A stretch of DNA of 64,000 bases from Octopus sinensis. Its lineage: Eukaryota. The stretch is from positions 99,138,001-99,202,000 of the forward strand of contig NC_043005.1 in NCBI RefSeq assembly GCF_006345805.1. Reading direction: 5' to 3'. Within the stretch, counting starts at the first letter, position 1. Each line of letters opens with the position of its first letter. Below, piece by piece: positions 62,811 through 64,000 of this stretch. A model generated the notes under the pieces. The model had not been told where the DNA came from and ran no database searches. It saw only the letters and a program-made list of their open reading frames with translations. Position numbers and translations under genes: made by a program.

Positions 62811-64000
62811 GCTTTGTTTACGATGGTTTTATAATTGATTCCAGTTTATGGCAGACATTTTGGGCCCAAACTGACAAAAATCATTTACGATAAAACTTGT
62901 ATATTGTTTGGTTCCAGGATATCTTTATTTCGTCTTAATGTTTTCTTCAGTGAGTGTTCAGTGTCTGATTAATATATATTTATATTTTAGTAAATCTATC
63001 TTGAAGTGTGAAAGTTATGGTATTTGTTATTTTTGTCTATTTTATGTTTGAAGTAATCTCACTTCACTATGAAGTGAGATTATAAACATTGTTGTCTGCA
63101 GTTGGCAGCACAGTTTCATGTTGTTGTTGTTATTGTTGGTCCATTCATGTGATGTCATTCAAACAGCAAGAAACAAATTGTAACACTAACATATTACAGA
63201 TTAATTCTTCTAGAAAGTCTGTTAAATATATTCTAGAGTTAGGTGTAAAGAGAGTGGAACTATCTTGCCTCTGGATATGGTGAAGTAGTTTAGGTTTAAT
63301 GCATATTGTGTACCATGAGATTAAAGTGGAATATCCACTACCCTGTCTCCCACATACTCTTGATAAATGTGTAAATATGTCTCTGCACAAGAATTCTGTG
63401 CGAGTGTATGTATAAAAATATGCCAAGTTCTTTGTGAAGATGTGTGTATAATTGTTACTTATTCTTTTTAAATAAATACCTGGCTGTTTGAATAATTCTT
63501 TGTATGCAAATATGTTTTTATGGATGTGTACAAGTGAGTGTATGTGTGTCAATCTGTACGCTAATATTCAAATTTACCAATTTTATCATCTAGGAAGACA
63601 TTTCCATTACATAAGATTATATATAAAAATAATGGTTAAAAACTCACAAAAATAAGAACCAGCGAAAAAAAAAAATTCTTCCCTTAAACCAATAAAAATT
63701 ATAATAAAGCAAAATATTGTGAATGTGATTTTTATTATTCTAAATCAGTTTATTTCACTCGGTTCGCCCCCATCCCCCGTCCTCTTTTACTACTACAAGA
63801 CCGGAGGCAATGGAGAGAAAGCCAATGATTTTTAAATTAGGAAAAAGAAAAAAATAAAGCAATAAAAACTGCTCTATTGTTAGGAATTTTAAAAATAGCT
63901 AAATCTTGTTCCCAAGTTATTATCGTTCTGTTAATATTGTCTAATGCCATCTTCCTGCTAAAAAATGCCAAAACCTTTTAGCGGGAAATACATCAATGTG

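Overview
AT-rich eukaryotic (animal) DNA. Its repeat content (tRNA-headed SINE families, RTE LINE 3' ends with (GAT)n tails, huge TA/TG/TATG microsatellites) looks like a coleoid cephalopod, most likely Octopus; that is inferred from repeat families, not from a search. I could not support any host protein-coding exon, so the window is probably intergenic or deep intronic. Most ORF-track entries are microsatellite or minisatellite read-through. Real coding remnants are all retroelements: a 5'-truncated RTE LINE (49.4-52.2 kb, -), a CR1-clade LINE (52.7-54.2 kb, -), two R4/Dong-like RLE remnants, older RTE remnants and a Penelope-like GIY-YIG C-terminus. There are also many SINEs, MITEs (hAT with 8-bp TSDs, mariner/pogo with TA, piggyBac-like with TTAA), a Helitron-like element and a 25-bp minisatellite. 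The most notable signal is RNA-structural. A complete minimal type I hammerhead ribozyme (55382-55428, -) sits inside a foldback cassette. Two unrelated cassettes (9.2 and 30 kb) repeat the geometry of a hammerhead remnant plus an upstream inverted copy. A tRNA-headed SINE carries a hammerhead-derived tail (46.4 kb). Four long near-perfect hairpins (4.9, 12.7, 60.5, 60.6 kb) could be siRNA/miRNA sources or ADAR substrates. All alignments and folds were done by eye; repeat boundaries without a TSD are approximate.
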